This document shows, piece after piece, positions 40,886-54,651 of a stretch of DNA of 64,000 bases (its first letter is position 1; each line of letters starts with the position of its first letter). The DNA lies in contig OX597816.1 of NCBI GenBank assembly GCA_951406725.2, positions 16,306,001-16,370,000 of the forward strand, in the 5' to 3' direction. The notes beneath the pieces are model-generated. The model saw nothing but the letters and a program-made list of their open reading frames with translations. It was not told the DNA's origin and searched no databases. Position numbers and translations under genes: made by a program. This DNA is from Octopus vulgaris (lineage: Eukaryota).

Positions 40886-42142
40886 CAGATACGAACGTAC
40901 GTATATGCATATATACAAGATGGCCGTCAACTCTTAGACAAATATGGCCATCACTGACAAGTTATCTTATCCTAGATGTTAAAGACAATGGCTGCCAGTA
41001 ATGACCGTGCCGAAATTCAAAATCAATAACAAGTGGCACAATTCTGCTAAGATTTTCACCTATAAACAACAGCTGCAAGATCTCTAGCTTCGGAATGAGA
41101 TGGGTGTTATTTTGGAATATCCATCTCCGAGATAGACGTCCAAACAACAACTAAGGACGTCTAATTTACAGCTGTTGCGTGGCCGTTGACTCCATTAAAA
41201 TTCATTCGTCAACAGGTTTTGTTTTTTCATCCTGCAAGCTTGATAGATTTGCCGGTATAATCGCCGACGGCTCGACCACGCGACAAGTTGTACGGGGTTA
41301 CCGGTACTAATAGCACTAATAATAATAATAATAATACAGGCACTCGGCTCTATGCAACTAAGTGTGTCGCAGGCGCGTAAGAGAAACCCTGCTCGTCTAG
41401 GCTTAGATTACCAAATGAAGGGACGCAAAAAGTCGAAGATGACTGCTGGAAAATGGGCTGCTATTGGCCAAAGTGAGTTACATGGTCTGGTTAGAGATAA
41501 GATCGGTATTTCAGCGACACCAGATGCATTAAAATCAAATAATTCTAAATAATAATAATAATGATGATAATAATAATAATAATAATGATAATAATAATAA
41601 TAATGATAATAATAATGATAACGTGTGTGTATGCATAGGTATGTATATACACACACACATATATATACACATACATATATACATACATATACATACGTAC
41701 ACACACGCACATATGTATATACAATACATACATATATATATATATGTGTGTGTGTGTGTGTTTGAATGGACCATAAACAAAACTTGACTTAAACAAGATT
41801 CAAATAATCCCATCAGGTGCTGCTATTAAGTTAGACATGGCCTGGACCAATCTTTGGTCGAAACATATCTAAGTTTATAATACATATTATACATACGTAC
41901 ACACACACATATATTGAAGATTGGAAAATTGGAGTTTATGATATTAGTTTTTTATTTTATAGCTTACAATTGTTTCAATAAATTCCATGGTGACTATTGT
42001 CGTATTAGCATGGCCGCAGTCAAATGACTGAAACAAGTAAAAGAATAAAAGAATTACTGTTAATAATAATGATACAGTCGTGTAAGCTACGGAATTGCTT
42101 CGTCGGAACCATTTATAAAAACGACAGTGTGCGCGTGCGCGC

Positions 42143-42173
<31 letters not shown>

Positions 42174-43459
42174 TGTATGTATGTATGTATGTATGCATGT
42201 ATGCATGTATGTATGTGTGTATGTGTGTATGTATGTATGTATGCTTGTATGTGTGTGTATGTATGTATGTGTGTGTATATGTGTGTATATGTGTGTGTCT
42301 GTGTTTGTCTCCCAACATCGCTTGACAACCGATGCTGGTGTGTTTACGTCGCCGTCACTTAGCGGTTCGGCAAAATAGACCGATAGAATAAGTACCAGGC
42401 TTACAAAGAATAAGTCCTGGAGTCGATTTGCTCGACGAAAGACGGTGCTCCAGCATGGCCACAGTCAAATGACTGAAACAATTAAAAGAGTAACTGAACC
42501 ACAACCACAGCCGTTAACAGACTTAAGTTTCTAGAGTTAGCTCCCTTTATGGAAACGATTCGTTTTTTTCTCAATTTTTCTTTTTCCTTTAAACATTTCT
42601 TTTGCAAGATCGCAGTTCGTACACGAACTAAGGAAAGTATCCATAATTCATATATCCGAAAACCTTTTAGACCAATGCTGGAATTATGTAACGTGTCAAG
42701 GAAAAGAGCCAAATACTTCGAAATTTCACATTAATTCAGTACCGTGGTCGACCTCACCTTTCATTAGAGATTAGTCAATGTTATCGACTTATTGCTTCTC
42801 CTGAAAATATTGGCCTTGTACCAAAATGAGAAAGAATTATTTTTGATTCCCACTATCTATTTACTTAATACCTTGTACTTAATAAAAGTATTTATTATTA
42901 CTGAGTTAGCAGAACTGTCTACTTCTGTAGGCAAGTGTCTTCTACTATAGCCTCGGGCCGACCAAAGCCTTGTGAGTGGATTTGGTAGACGGAAACTGAA
43001 AGAAGCCTGTCGTATATATATGTATATGATTATATATACGTGTGTATATGTGTCTGAGTTTGTCCCCCCAACATCGCTTGACAACCAATGCTGGTGTGTT
43101 TACGTCCCCGTAACTTAGCGGTTCGGCAAAATAGACCGATAGAATAAGTATTAGGCTTACAAAGAATAAGTCCTGGGGTCAATTTGCTCGACTAAAGGCG
43201 GTGCTCCAGCATGGCCGCAGTCAAATGACTGAAACAAGTAAGTAAAGAGAATCGTTATTACGCCGGGGAAAATACATAGAGGTATTTCGTCCGTCTTCGT
43301 GTTCTGAGTTCAAATTCTGCCATGGCCGATTTCGCCTCTCATCCTTTCGGGGTCGATAAATTAAGTACCAGTTCAGTACCGGGATCGTTGTAATCTATTT
43401 AACCCATCTCCGAACTTGTTGGTCTTTTGCCAAAATTTGAAATCATTATTATTATTATT

Positions 43460-44020
43460 TAGTGAGAGAGCAGCACACGCCATCAAAATGATGCTCGGTT
43501 ACAAATTTACGAAACCCAATATACCCATCATGACTACACGTCTGATATGGGTACACTAGGCACATGCATCATAACCATACGTGCGAGCCATGGTGACCTC
43601 ATATCAAGATAAACACTGCATGACCTTACGAGTGGGGCCCAGTTGAGATTTCCTTCAGGTCGGGTAACCCATCCTGCTCAAAAAAATATCCCTGAAAAAG
43701 GGATGTTTAAGGATGATAAACGAAATACCCATGTTTCTGGGGGTAAATTATTCAAACCCCAAAGAATCACTCTCAACACATGGCTAAGATGCTCCCCCCA
43801 CTACTTCTGCTTGTGATCAGAGATGCACATATCGTTAGCCACTAACGGACCTGCTCAACTGGTTATGGTCAAGCAACTGACAAGCAAATCTGTGGTATTG
43901 AGCAGAATAATTACTGTAGTCCGTCTTTTATACCAAGACAAAACAATGTACATGATAATGCTTTCAATCAGTTAAGATCAAAAGCCATGAGAGCCACTGC
44001 TTGGAAATGTATCAAAACAT
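43460..44020. mobile_element. Unclassified interspersed repeat bounded by (ATT)n; truncated copy at 30560-30790
   Basis: Duplicated within Y and flanked by trinucleotide arrays; family not recognised. Confidence 0.45.
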
Positions 44021-44051
44021 TTATCGTCATAATCACCACCACCACCACCAC

Positions 44052-44112
<61 letters not shown>

Positions 44113-44253
44113 TATGGTTTCCTTTCAATATAACTTTATTTCAGCTGCTTTAGTACCGGGCATTCTCCGGAGGCCAAGAGTAGCAAGGGCACTTTTGCAT
44201 GCTAAAATTATCACCACATTAATTCCATTTTAGATTAAGTATTTTCCGTGTCA

Positions 44254-44295
<42 letters not shown>

Positions 44296-46049
44296 GATAA
44301 AGCGTTCTGAGTTCAAATACCGCTGAGGTCGACTTTACTTTTCATCCTTTTGGGTTCGATAAAATAAGTACCACCTGAGTACTGGAGTCGATAAAATCGA
44401 CTAACCCCTTCCCCCAAATTTCAGGCCTTGTGCCTATAGTAGAAAGGATTATTGTTACTTCCTCAAATTATGTGAATATATATGAAGAAAACTTGAATAA
44501 AAATTTTGGTTCGAGAGTAAACAAGTTTAAAAAAAAAAACGATTTGCTTTGCTTACTGAACCGGAATAAATTGTAGCTTATGTGTCATGAAAAGGAAGGA
44601 GAATTTTAAAAGAGGTACAATGAAAAACTGAAACTGAGACAGCAAACATAATCTTCGTTTCACTTGATATGCTACGTCATAGCTATCTACTAATTTTTCT
44701 TTATATTTACCACCGACGTTTAAGGCTGTGAGCTGGCAAAATCGTTAACACGCCGGGCAAAGTGTTTAGCGGCATTTCGCCTGTCTTTACATTTTAAGTT
44801 CAAATTCCGCTGAGGTCGACTTTGCCTTTCGTGTTTCGAAGTCGATAAAATAAGCACCAGTTGGACACTGGGATCGATGTAATCAACTTATCCCCCCCAC
44901 GAGATCACTTGCCTAGTGTCAAAATTTGAAATCAAAGTTTTCCGCCGCGGTTTAACGCGGTGACCCGGAAAAATCGTTACCGCGACGGAGAAAAATGCAT
45001 AACAGCATTTCTTTCGTCTTTACGTTCTGGGTTCAAATTCCGCAGACATTGACTTTGACTTTCATAATTTCGGGGTCGATAAAATAAATACCAATTGAGC
45101 ACTGAGGCCAACTTTCCTCGCCCTTAAAAATTGCTGGCCTTGTGCCAAAATTAGAGCATTTAGCTTACATAAGGCAGCAAGCTATCAGAATTACCAGTAC
45201 GTTTGACAAAATACTTAGCGATATTTCTTCTGCTCTTTTTGTTCTGAGCTCATATCCTGCCCAGGTCGACTTTGCATTTCATCTTTTCGGGGTCAATAAA
45301 ATAAGCATTAGTCTTGTATTGGTGTCAGTGTAATCGACTGACCCAGGGCCGGATAAGGACCCATCGAGGCCCTAAGCACTTAAAAGCATTTCGTCCGGCG
45401 TGCTAACGTTTCTGCCAGCTCGCCGCCTTGCATTACGAATATTATTTTAGCAAGTTTAAAGTGATTTCTTTTGTGCTGTATACCATTTACTATTTCTGCG
45501 GTGCCCTCCCCCACTCCCCTTGATACCCTAAGTACGTGCTTATTTTGCTTAATGGTTAATCCAGCGCTGTACTGACCCCACCTTCTGACTTGGCTGATCC
45601 TCTGACAAAATTTGAAAGATAGGAAAAGTAATATTTTACTGACGTTGGTAATGGATTGGCCGACAGGTTAAAGCGTCGGACAAAATGTTTTACAACAGAC
45701 TTCGTTCTGAATTCAAATCCCGCGAAAGTCAACCGTGCGTTTTACTGTTCTGTTGTTGAGAAACTATAATACCAGTCAAGTAGTTCAAGTGCTAAAACCA
45801 GCTATACATTTAATTTAAATTTCTGTTTGCATTAGAAATCAAGATTGTACTTAACGTTTCGATAACCCACAATAATAAAAGTAACATAAAAACAGTCCGT
45901 ACATCACGTGTGTGTCTGTGTATGTGGGTGTGTGGTGTATACATACACACAACACATGTGTATGTATAAATGTATATATATGTATGTATATATGGGTATG
46001 GTGACACAAACAGGTAAAACAACTCAAAATATGAGTATATATATGTGTG

Positions 46050-46094
<45 letters not shown>

Positions 46095-46110
46095 GATGTA
46101 TATGTATATA

Positions 46111-46175
<65 letters not shown>

Positions 46176-46253
46176 ATGTATATATATATAGACCATAAAA
46201 AGCCAGGAGGTATGAAAGATCACTATATGCATTTAACCACTTGGCATCCTTAG

Positions 46254-46410
46254 GGTTACGGCTGTTTCGTAGCCTTCTTCATGCAGTAATAATTTCAGCG
46301 TGAAATAAATTGTTTACGTGTTTGTATTAGTATGCATGCTACGCGTTGTGCAATACAATTGTATCATCACAAAACAATGCAAATAAAGAAGGCTTGCTCA
46401 TCAGATCACC
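46254..46410 (-). ncRNA. Hammerhead-like motif with ~100-nt insertion in loop II (probably inactive)
   Basis: - strand: ggtgat CTGATGA gca AGCCTTCTT ... AAGAAGGCT ac GAAAC agcc gtaacc. The triplet is GCC rather than GUC. Confidence 0.55.
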
Positions 46411-46476
46411 ATATCATTGAATCGTTGATGTAACCAACCATGATGTTCAAATGATCTGATGCCCTCTGCGTGTGTG

Positions 46477-46542
<66 letters not shown>

Positions 46543-47627
46543 CTTCCCTTTTTTTAAAAAATTTTTATTGCGTATAAATTAGCCCTTCTTAATATTGTTC
46601 TTCGGTTCCCGAAGAACTACAGGTGATAAAAAATGTATTTTGATGGACTAACGATTGTGGATTAAATGCCACGCCCGTGCGTGTGTGAATGTTTTTATGT
46701 GAAATTACGCATGAAGAATTTAGCCTTAAACTGACGGATCACTCAACACTTTTTAGTAAACTACATATTTTTAATTCTTACAAGAAAAAAATTTATAGTA
46801 ACTTCGAAGTTTCAGTTTACCAGCAATCATTAGCTATTTCTGTGTGTGTGTTTCGTGAAGAATTTATAGTCCATTTCTTCCTTTCATTTTCTCCTTTTAT
46901 TTCCTACAATTTTACTTTCGTTTCTTTAGCACACTAAAATAGGATTTAACCCTAAAACCTCATTGCAGTTTTTATTTGTAAAGAGTAAATGAAATATATA
47001 AAAGTTTTCAGAGAAGGAGACATCAATTTATTACTGGAGAATGAATGACACAAGCGACTTTAACCCAAGTTGATATAGTATTCGCATAATTTCTGTATTG
47101 GGTATATATAGGAATAGATTTTGCGAAAGGAAGGGAAATGTAACGTCGTTTTAATTATGCCTTGGTGTAGATTTATTATCAATTCAGAATCGACTACTGT
47201 ATTATGATTTAGAGACCGCATTCAGTAATGGAATACAGTTTATTTCTCTTTTATTTAATAACTGAACGAATTTAATACATTCGTTGAACATATGCGTAGA
47301 TTCCTGTTCAGGGAAGGGTAATCGTATACAATTATGAAGAAATTAGTTGCTGTTATGATCAATAACTATGTAAATGAGTAAACGGAAATAATGAATCTCA
47401 ACAATAGCCAATGTAAAGAAAATATACGTCTATTGACTTTATCGTGAATGGACCTTCTTCGGCTTCGACGGTGAGTTTTGAGGTGAAGGTTCAACCTGTT
47501 TTCTTGCTTGTTGAGCTAGCGTGTAGGTGGCCGAATATTCCACAGATACGTTTACTCTTAACGCATTTCTAAGGAGAACCAACGGAACAGAGTCTGTTAC
47601 GGTTGGACCTTTAAATTACAAGTACTA

Positions 47628-48048
47628 CCTATTTCTTTACTACCCACAAGGGCCTAAACACAGAGGAGACAAACAAGGACAGACAGACGGATTAAGTCGA
47701 TTACATCGATCCTCCAGTGCGTAACTGGTACTTAATTCATCGACCCCGAAAGGATGAAAGGCAAAGTGGACCTCGGCGGAATTTGAACTCAGAACGTAGC
47801 GGCAGACGAAATACCTATTTCTTTACTACCCATAAGGGACTAAACGCAGAGGAGACAAACAAGGACAGACAAACGGATTAAGTCGATTACATTGACCCCA
47901 GTGCGTAACTGGTACTTAATTCATCGACCCCGAAAGGATGAAAGGCAAAGTCGACCTCGGCGGAATTTGAACTCAGAACGTAACGGTAGACGAAATACGG
48001 CTACGTATTTCGCCCGGCGTGCTAACGTTTCTGCCAGCTTGCCGCCTT
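47628..48048 (-). mobile_element. Tandem dimer of young SINE B; another young copy at 49408-49640
   Basis: Two consecutive near-identical units joined at gaaatacctatttctttactaccc. Confidence 0.9.
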
Positions 48049-50311
48049 ATTAAATTACAAATACTACCATTAGTATCTATCATAAAGCTTGGGTCAATTC
48101 GAAACTTCGGTAAAAGTTACCACACATTAGGATCGAACCAACGACCCTGCGATTGCAAAGCAAACTTCTTAACTATTCAGTAATCCAGTATCTTAACCTT
48201 CGCGTAATTAAGATGCTCCTGCCGGCTATCCGCTTCTTCAACCGGAGTATGAAATGGCTGGTTTTTGCGAAGCGTCACCACAAGGCAGTCAGTCACGAAG
48301 AGATAAAAATTGGTTTCAAATTTTGTCACAAGGCCAGCAATTTCGGTGGAGGGGACAACTCGATTAAATCGACCCCAATGTTCAACTGGTACTTATTTTA
48401 TCGACCCCGACAGCATTTGCGACGGGATAAATAAATCTAAAGCACCCAGAACGTACAAGAGATACAGAATGAGAGTATTTAGATACGATAATATAAAAAG
48501 AAAAAAAATCCTCTCTTGTTGAGAAAGCGAAAATATTTTCATGGCGCTTTAAGTGTGAAAGATATTAAATTAGAAAACCTAAAATAATTACGAGTGATAC
48601 ATGGTGGTAAATAATCACATCTCAACGTTGTAAAGCACATCTAAATTAGTCTAATTAAAGCATTTATTCATTGAGAGTGCACTAGTACTATTTAGAAATG
48701 AGTTGTGAGATATGAACAGGGTATAAATGAATCAATAATAAAAAGAGCGAAAATATTTACCAAAACAACATTAAACAAATACGAATGACGAAAATATAAT
48801 TTTAAGAAGTAGAATGAAAAACTGAAGCGGAAACGATTTAAAAGATATCGTTTCAGTATATACGTCACTTCAGAACTATATATATATATTCGTTTTCTTC
48901 ATTTTATTTTACTCGCATTGGTGAGCTGACATAATCGTTAGCACGCCAAGTAAAAAGCCTAGCAGCATTTCGTCCGTCCTGACGGTCCTGAGTTCAAATT
49001 CCGCCATGGTCGACTTTACCTTTCATCCTTACAGAATCGATAAAATAAATACTAGTCAAGCACTGGAGTCGGTGTAATATCGACTAACTCCTTCCCCCAA
49101 AAAACTTCAGGCCTTGTGCCTGTAATAGAAAGGAGTATTCTATTCACATGAAGTGGTGGGTCGACAGATGCATTAATGGGGCGGACAAAATATCCTACGG
49201 TATTTAGTTATGCTGCTTTATTCTGGGTTCAAATCCCGTCGCCAAAAACTTTGCTTTTCCTTCTTTTAGGATCAATAAATAGAGCATCAGTCCTGACCTT
49301 AGGTCGTTTTTTCTCATTCTTTTCGTCTGTCTGCCTCGCTTTCTTTTTCTAAAAGAAATTTGCTGTAACCAGAGCTGAGGAAGGATGGTTCCGCCTGGTT
49401 TTTAAATCTATTTCTTTACTACCCACAAGGGGCTAAACACAGAGGGGACAAACAAGGACAGACAAACAGATCAAGTCGATAACATCGACCCCAGTGCGCA
49501 ACTGGTACTTAATTTATCGACCTCGAAAGGATGAAAGGCAAAGTCGACCTCGGCGGAATTTGAACTCAGAACGTAACGGCAGACGAAATACGGCTATGCA
49601 TTTCGCCTGGTGTGCTAACGTTTCTGCCAGCTCGCCGCCTTCTATAGAATAAGTACCAGGCCAAGACATGTTTGTCACGGCAGCGCCCCTATAACTCAAG
49701 ATAATGGCAAACTTCACGACAGGCATGAACAACCTTTATAGAAAAGCGAAACCGCATGGGACAAGGCTCGTCTCATGCGACTGCACTACTAAAAGATTTT
49801 TATCATTTTCCTCGTGAAATTAGGCGTGGTATTCAGCAAGCCCCGCGACTCGCCGGTAGCCTATGGCTGCTCTACAGTAACATTCTTAGACATCTAGAAT
49901 ATTAAATGCTATACAATTATAATCATAAACCATTAATCACAGATTGAAAAGACAGCAATTAACTATAAAACTATTCACGTTATCTGAACCGACAACGTAT
50001 CGTCGTGCTGGGCGCAAATTATGTTATCGATTAGACAGCACTGAGTTTGCTCCCCTTACTTCTACAACTGGCGCGTTCTTTTACTATCTTAAAAGGCTTC
50101 GATGAGTATAAAGTTTAATAGCGTTAGTACGATGACTCAGTGTGTGTGTGTGTACGCTCAACTGTACAATTTAATATAGTACATTAAGATATCCTGTTGG
50201 GTATAAAATACGACTGAGCGGTGGAGTGGCAGAATCGTTAGGTTATTAGTATTTGTTCAGTCTCTTAACGCCCCGAGTTCAAATCCTACCGAGGTACCAG
50301 TTAAATATTTG

Positions 50312-50695
50312 AGGCGCAATGGCCCAGTGGTTAGGGCAGCGGACTCGTGGTCGTAGGATCGCGGTTTCGATTCCTAGACCGGGCGTTGTGAGTGTTTATT
50401 GAGCGAAAACACCTAAAAGCTCCACGAAGCTCCGGCAGGGGATGGTGGTGATCCCTGCTGTACTCTTTCACCACAACTTTCTCTCACTCTTACTTCCTGT
50501 TTCTGTTGTACCTGTATTTCAAAGGGCCGGCCTTGTCACTCTCTGTGTCACGCTGAATATCCCCGAGAACTACGTTAAGGGTACACGTGTCTGTGGAGTG
50601 CTCAGCCACTTACACGTTAATTTCACGAGCAGGCTGTTCCGTTGATCGGATCAACCGGAATCCTCGTCGTCGTAACCGACGGAGTGCTTCCCCCA
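50312..50695 (+). mobile_element. SINE D, long-tail form, inserted into an older SINE B
   Basis: Shares ~170 bp of 5' sequence with the short form, then a different 3' half; tttgag flanks both sides. Confidence 0.88.
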
Positions 50696-51439
50696 TTTGA
50701 GACGTTGTAATCGACGCGTTCCATCATTTCAAAATTGCTAACGTTTTGCTTAAATTAGACCAGTTATGTAAAACTTGATATAAGGGCGACAAAGCGGCAG
50801 GATAAGGGTGTTCTAAGGAAAGCTTTCAACAAAATATTTTTGTCATCGTTTATCATGGGGGTTTAGTAAAACTGTAAGAAAATACCGTGTTAAATGAAGC
50901 AGTGAAAAATGAATAATAAAATACAGGGGGAAAAAATGGTTTTGTTCCCAGACTCCGTATTGTTCTGAGCATTGTGGGTGATTACCAACCCAATCTCTGA
51001 CTGATTACCAACCCATGTTATAACAGATCAATTAGTGATAAGCGTGACACAGTTCACAATCAGCGTACCGTGTTATAATGGATCAGTGATAAATGAGGAT
51101 AGATGTTTTTTGTAATAATTCTCCGGCTGTTTACGTTCTTAAGTTCAAATCATGCTAAGGTCAAACTTAGCGTTTTATTACCCCGGAGTGATTAAAATAG
51201 AATACCAACCAAGAACTGGGTTCTATTTAATCTATTAACCTCCTTCAGCAAATTTCAGGCGCAGTAAGAACTTTGCTTTCCAACCTCATAGTCTTGGGTT
51301 CAGTTCCATTGCGTGGTACCTTGGGCAAGTATCTTCAACTATAGCCTAGGACCGACCAAAACCTTGAGTGGATTTGGTAGACGGAAACTAAAAGAAGCCT
51401 GTCATGTGAGTGTATGAGTGTGTGTATACATACATACAT

Positions 51440-51474
<35 letters not shown>

Positions 51475-51746
51475 TACATAAATACATACATACATACATA
51501 CATACATACGTGTGTGTGTGTATCTTTTAAATTTACTCACTGGAAACGTTTTGATTATGCAAATAAAGTTCCTATTCCATTATGCCGGCCACGGTCTAAT
51601 GATGTTGATTGGTGGACCAGTTTTTAGGGGTTGCATCGAGCTGTACCGATATAATGTAGGATAAATATACCAATAACAATAACCCTTGGGTGGAATTTAT
51701 AAACATTTTAATACACACACTCAAACACACAAACGTATGTGTGTGA

Positions 51747-51799
<53 letters not shown>

Positions 51800-51801
<2 letters not shown>

Positions 51802-52085
51802 GAGGCGCAATGGCTAAGTGGTTAGGGCGGCGGACTCGCGGTTTCGATTCCCAGACCGGGCATTGTGAGTGTTTATTGAGCGAAAACACCTAAAAGCTCC
51901 ACGAGGCTCCGGCAGGGGGTGGTGATCCCTGCTGTACTCTTTCACCACTCTTTCTCCCACTCTTCCTTCTGTTGGCCTGCTCGCTTAGCCAGCGGTGTGG
52001 CGTCATTCAAAGGCTAAAAAGCAATGCGAACGCATTGTGATCAGCGATGTGTAACAACATCTGATGGTCTGGTCGGTCACGTGAT

Positions 52086-52092
<7 letters not shown>
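51800..52092 (+). mobile_element. SINE D, short-tail form, within (TA)n
   Basis: Head ggaggcgcaatggc; tail cggtcacgtgatcacgtga. Confidence 0.88.
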
Positions 52093-52134
<42 letters not shown>

Positions 52135-52841
52135 GCGTGTGTCTTTGTGTCTGTCTTTGTCCACCACCACGGTTTGACAATTGGTGTTGGTGTGTTTACG
52201 TCCCCATAATCTAGCGGTTTAACAAAAAAACAATAGAATAAATACCAGGCTTAAAAAACAAATAAATACTATTGACCTCGAGAGATTCGTATTCGGTGGT
52301 TAAAACACAACCTTAACGTTTTCGCACAGACCACTAAATGCAGTTGGACAACGCGGAACATCGTCCTAAATTAATGAAATTTTCAATTTTCTATCTATCG
52401 ATTTACATTACTTTTCGACCTCTTAACTAATCTGCAAATACGGGTTTTTTTTTTTAACATTTATGACGTCAACTTCCACAAATTGTCCATCAAGTTAACC
52501 ACCAGCTTCAATGTCCACCCCGCTGTAATTTCGGTTTATCTGTCTGTGGTACAACCGATCGCATTTAGGTCTTCAAGCATTTATTTTTTGACTTACAACA
52601 AACTGCTCGCGAATATTTGTCGAACTCTCTAAGAGAACATAGGTTTTCTGGTTGGTAGATTGACTGGGGCTGGTAATTCTAAATCATCAGCACATTTCTA
52701 CTTCGAAACCAGATTACAATTTTTCTTTCTTCATCGAGTTTTATTCTGCATTCGATATCAAAACCACCTCTTTTCGTCAACATTTATAAATTGTCCATCC
52801 ATCAACATAACTACCATCTTCAATATGTTTTTTTCTTTTGA

Positions 52842-53091
52842 TTAGTTAGTTAGTTAGTTAATTTGGCTCCAAAGCAAATAGCAAGGCCATGTAGGGAGAC
52901 ATGGAGTTAAGTACAGGGTGGTGTTCATGTAAAGAGTTCAGGCCACTTGAGGTCAAGGGAGGCTTTGAACAAAGCGGTCGTCGGCATCTTCACCATCTCG
53001 TCTGGCAGCTTGTTCCACGGATCCGCAACCCGGACGGAGAAAGCTCCTCTCCTTCGATTGAGATGAAATCGTCGCAGGTAGAGCTTTTCGG
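52842..53091 (-). mobile_element. 5'-truncated CR1-like LINE 3' end, apparently young
   Basis: Uninterrupted peptide KLYLRRFHLNRRRGAFSVRVADPWNKLPDEMV..FKASLD, followed by a 3' UTR and (CTAA)n tail. Confidence 0.88.
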
Positions 53092-53707
53092 AATTATTTT
53101 TCTTTCCTGCCATTTCGTTGAATTATCTAACTATGACACGATCGTCTGCACTTGCTCTTTCTTTTTCAACCCCAAAATTTATGAATTCCAAATCATTTTC
53201 TAAACATACCGAACCATCCAGAACTTCCAGAAAATGCTATATTTGTTTTCCCTCCTCTTTCGCTTTCCTTCTTTCTGTTTTCTTTGGACAGCTGTAAACA
53301 GGCTGACAATCTTCGTTTTTGATAGTCATTTGACTTAAAGGAATTGCGTTTTTCATTGCAATCTTCAATTCAAATTGATAAAAGACGTTCTCTTTCAGCC
53401 TGTGTTGTGATTCCGTTTCTTGTTCGTTTGAAATCCTTTGATGAAACAATCCATTATTCCTGTTCTTTGTAAAACTTCGTGTTTCTGAATAATATTGAGC
53501 ACTGATTATTCATCGACAGAGCGTTTCGGTCTATTTTAGCTTTTATAACACTACTTTATGTTGGCTAATTTTTCTTTAATCCTATCACTTTCTTCTTCTT
53601 TTTAGCACTTTCACCATTTCTACTAACGGTACTCGCTCGTTTAGAACTCATAGTAATAAACTGGAGGTTTTAGAAACACAGTAAACACACCCCGGTTAAC
53701 ACGGTTC

Positions 53708-53999
53708 GGATCTTTTCGGTTTGAACGGCAGTTTTTAAAAATAATTTCTAGGTAACTAAAAAATTTTAAACTTCGTATACTGGTAGAAAGTGTTTATAAA
53801 ACATCTTTTTCTCTTGGCTTTATTGAGAAAATTCTATAGTTTGTAAGATATTTGTTGTTTTTTCTTCAATTTCTGCAATTTCAACCAATCAGTGACGTCT
53901 ATTGAGGTAAAAAAAAACATTCGGTGCCGTATGAATATGTCCCTCGTTTAAGAAACAGATTGGGTTTATTTACATTTGTGAAGAAAAAAAAGATACCCT
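53708..53999 (+). mobile_element. Merlin-like MITE, truncated
   Basis: Colinear with 38059-38353; lacks the second TIR. Confidence 0.88.
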
Positions 54000-54241
54000 G
54001 CGAATGTGTTGACTTGTTTCAGTAAGTTCCGTTGAACTTTGTAGTGTGCGACCAGTTGAAGCGCTTGGTACTGCATAGTTGTCTTTCTTTTTCCTGTCTC
54101 TTTCTTCTCCACAAATGGTTTCAATACAAGTTTAGCAGAAAGATTCGGAAGGTCGACAGAGTATTCTTCACGTTTCAAATAATATAAAAAAAAAGAACTC
54201 ACTTAAATTCGTATTAACACATACAATATCACAATTGTGTC

Positions 54242-54651
54242 GGATCTTTTCGGTTTGACCGGCAGTTTTTTCTAGCGGTGTCATATGAAATTGTCACCCA
54301 TAATTATGACCCTAGTATCGATCTATAGCATTTCAATTTGTTTTAGGGTTAGGGGTGCGGGAAGGGTATCTTTTTTTCTTCAGAAATGTAAATAAACCCA
54401 ATCTGTTTCTTAAACGAGGGACATATTCATACGGTAGAGAATGTTTTCACCTCAATAGACGTATTTGATTGGTTGAAATTGCAGAAATTCAAGAAAAAAA
54501 ACAACAAATATCTTACAAACTATAGAATTTCCTCAATATAGCCAAGAGAAAAAGATGTTTTATAAACACATTCTACCAGTATACGAAGTTTTAAAGTGTT
54601 TAGTTACGTGGAAATTATTAAAAAAAACTGCCGGTCAAACCGAAAAGATTC
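54242..54651 (-). mobile_element. Merlin-like MITE, complete, opposite orientation
   Basis: TIRs present; perfect 8-bp TSD attgtgtc at 54234-54241 and 54652-54659. Confidence 0.92.

Noticed and set aside
48115-48185. tRNA-like sequence (also the heads of SINE A, B and D)
   Set aside because: B-box-like remnants only, with no complete cloverleaf; SINE-derived.
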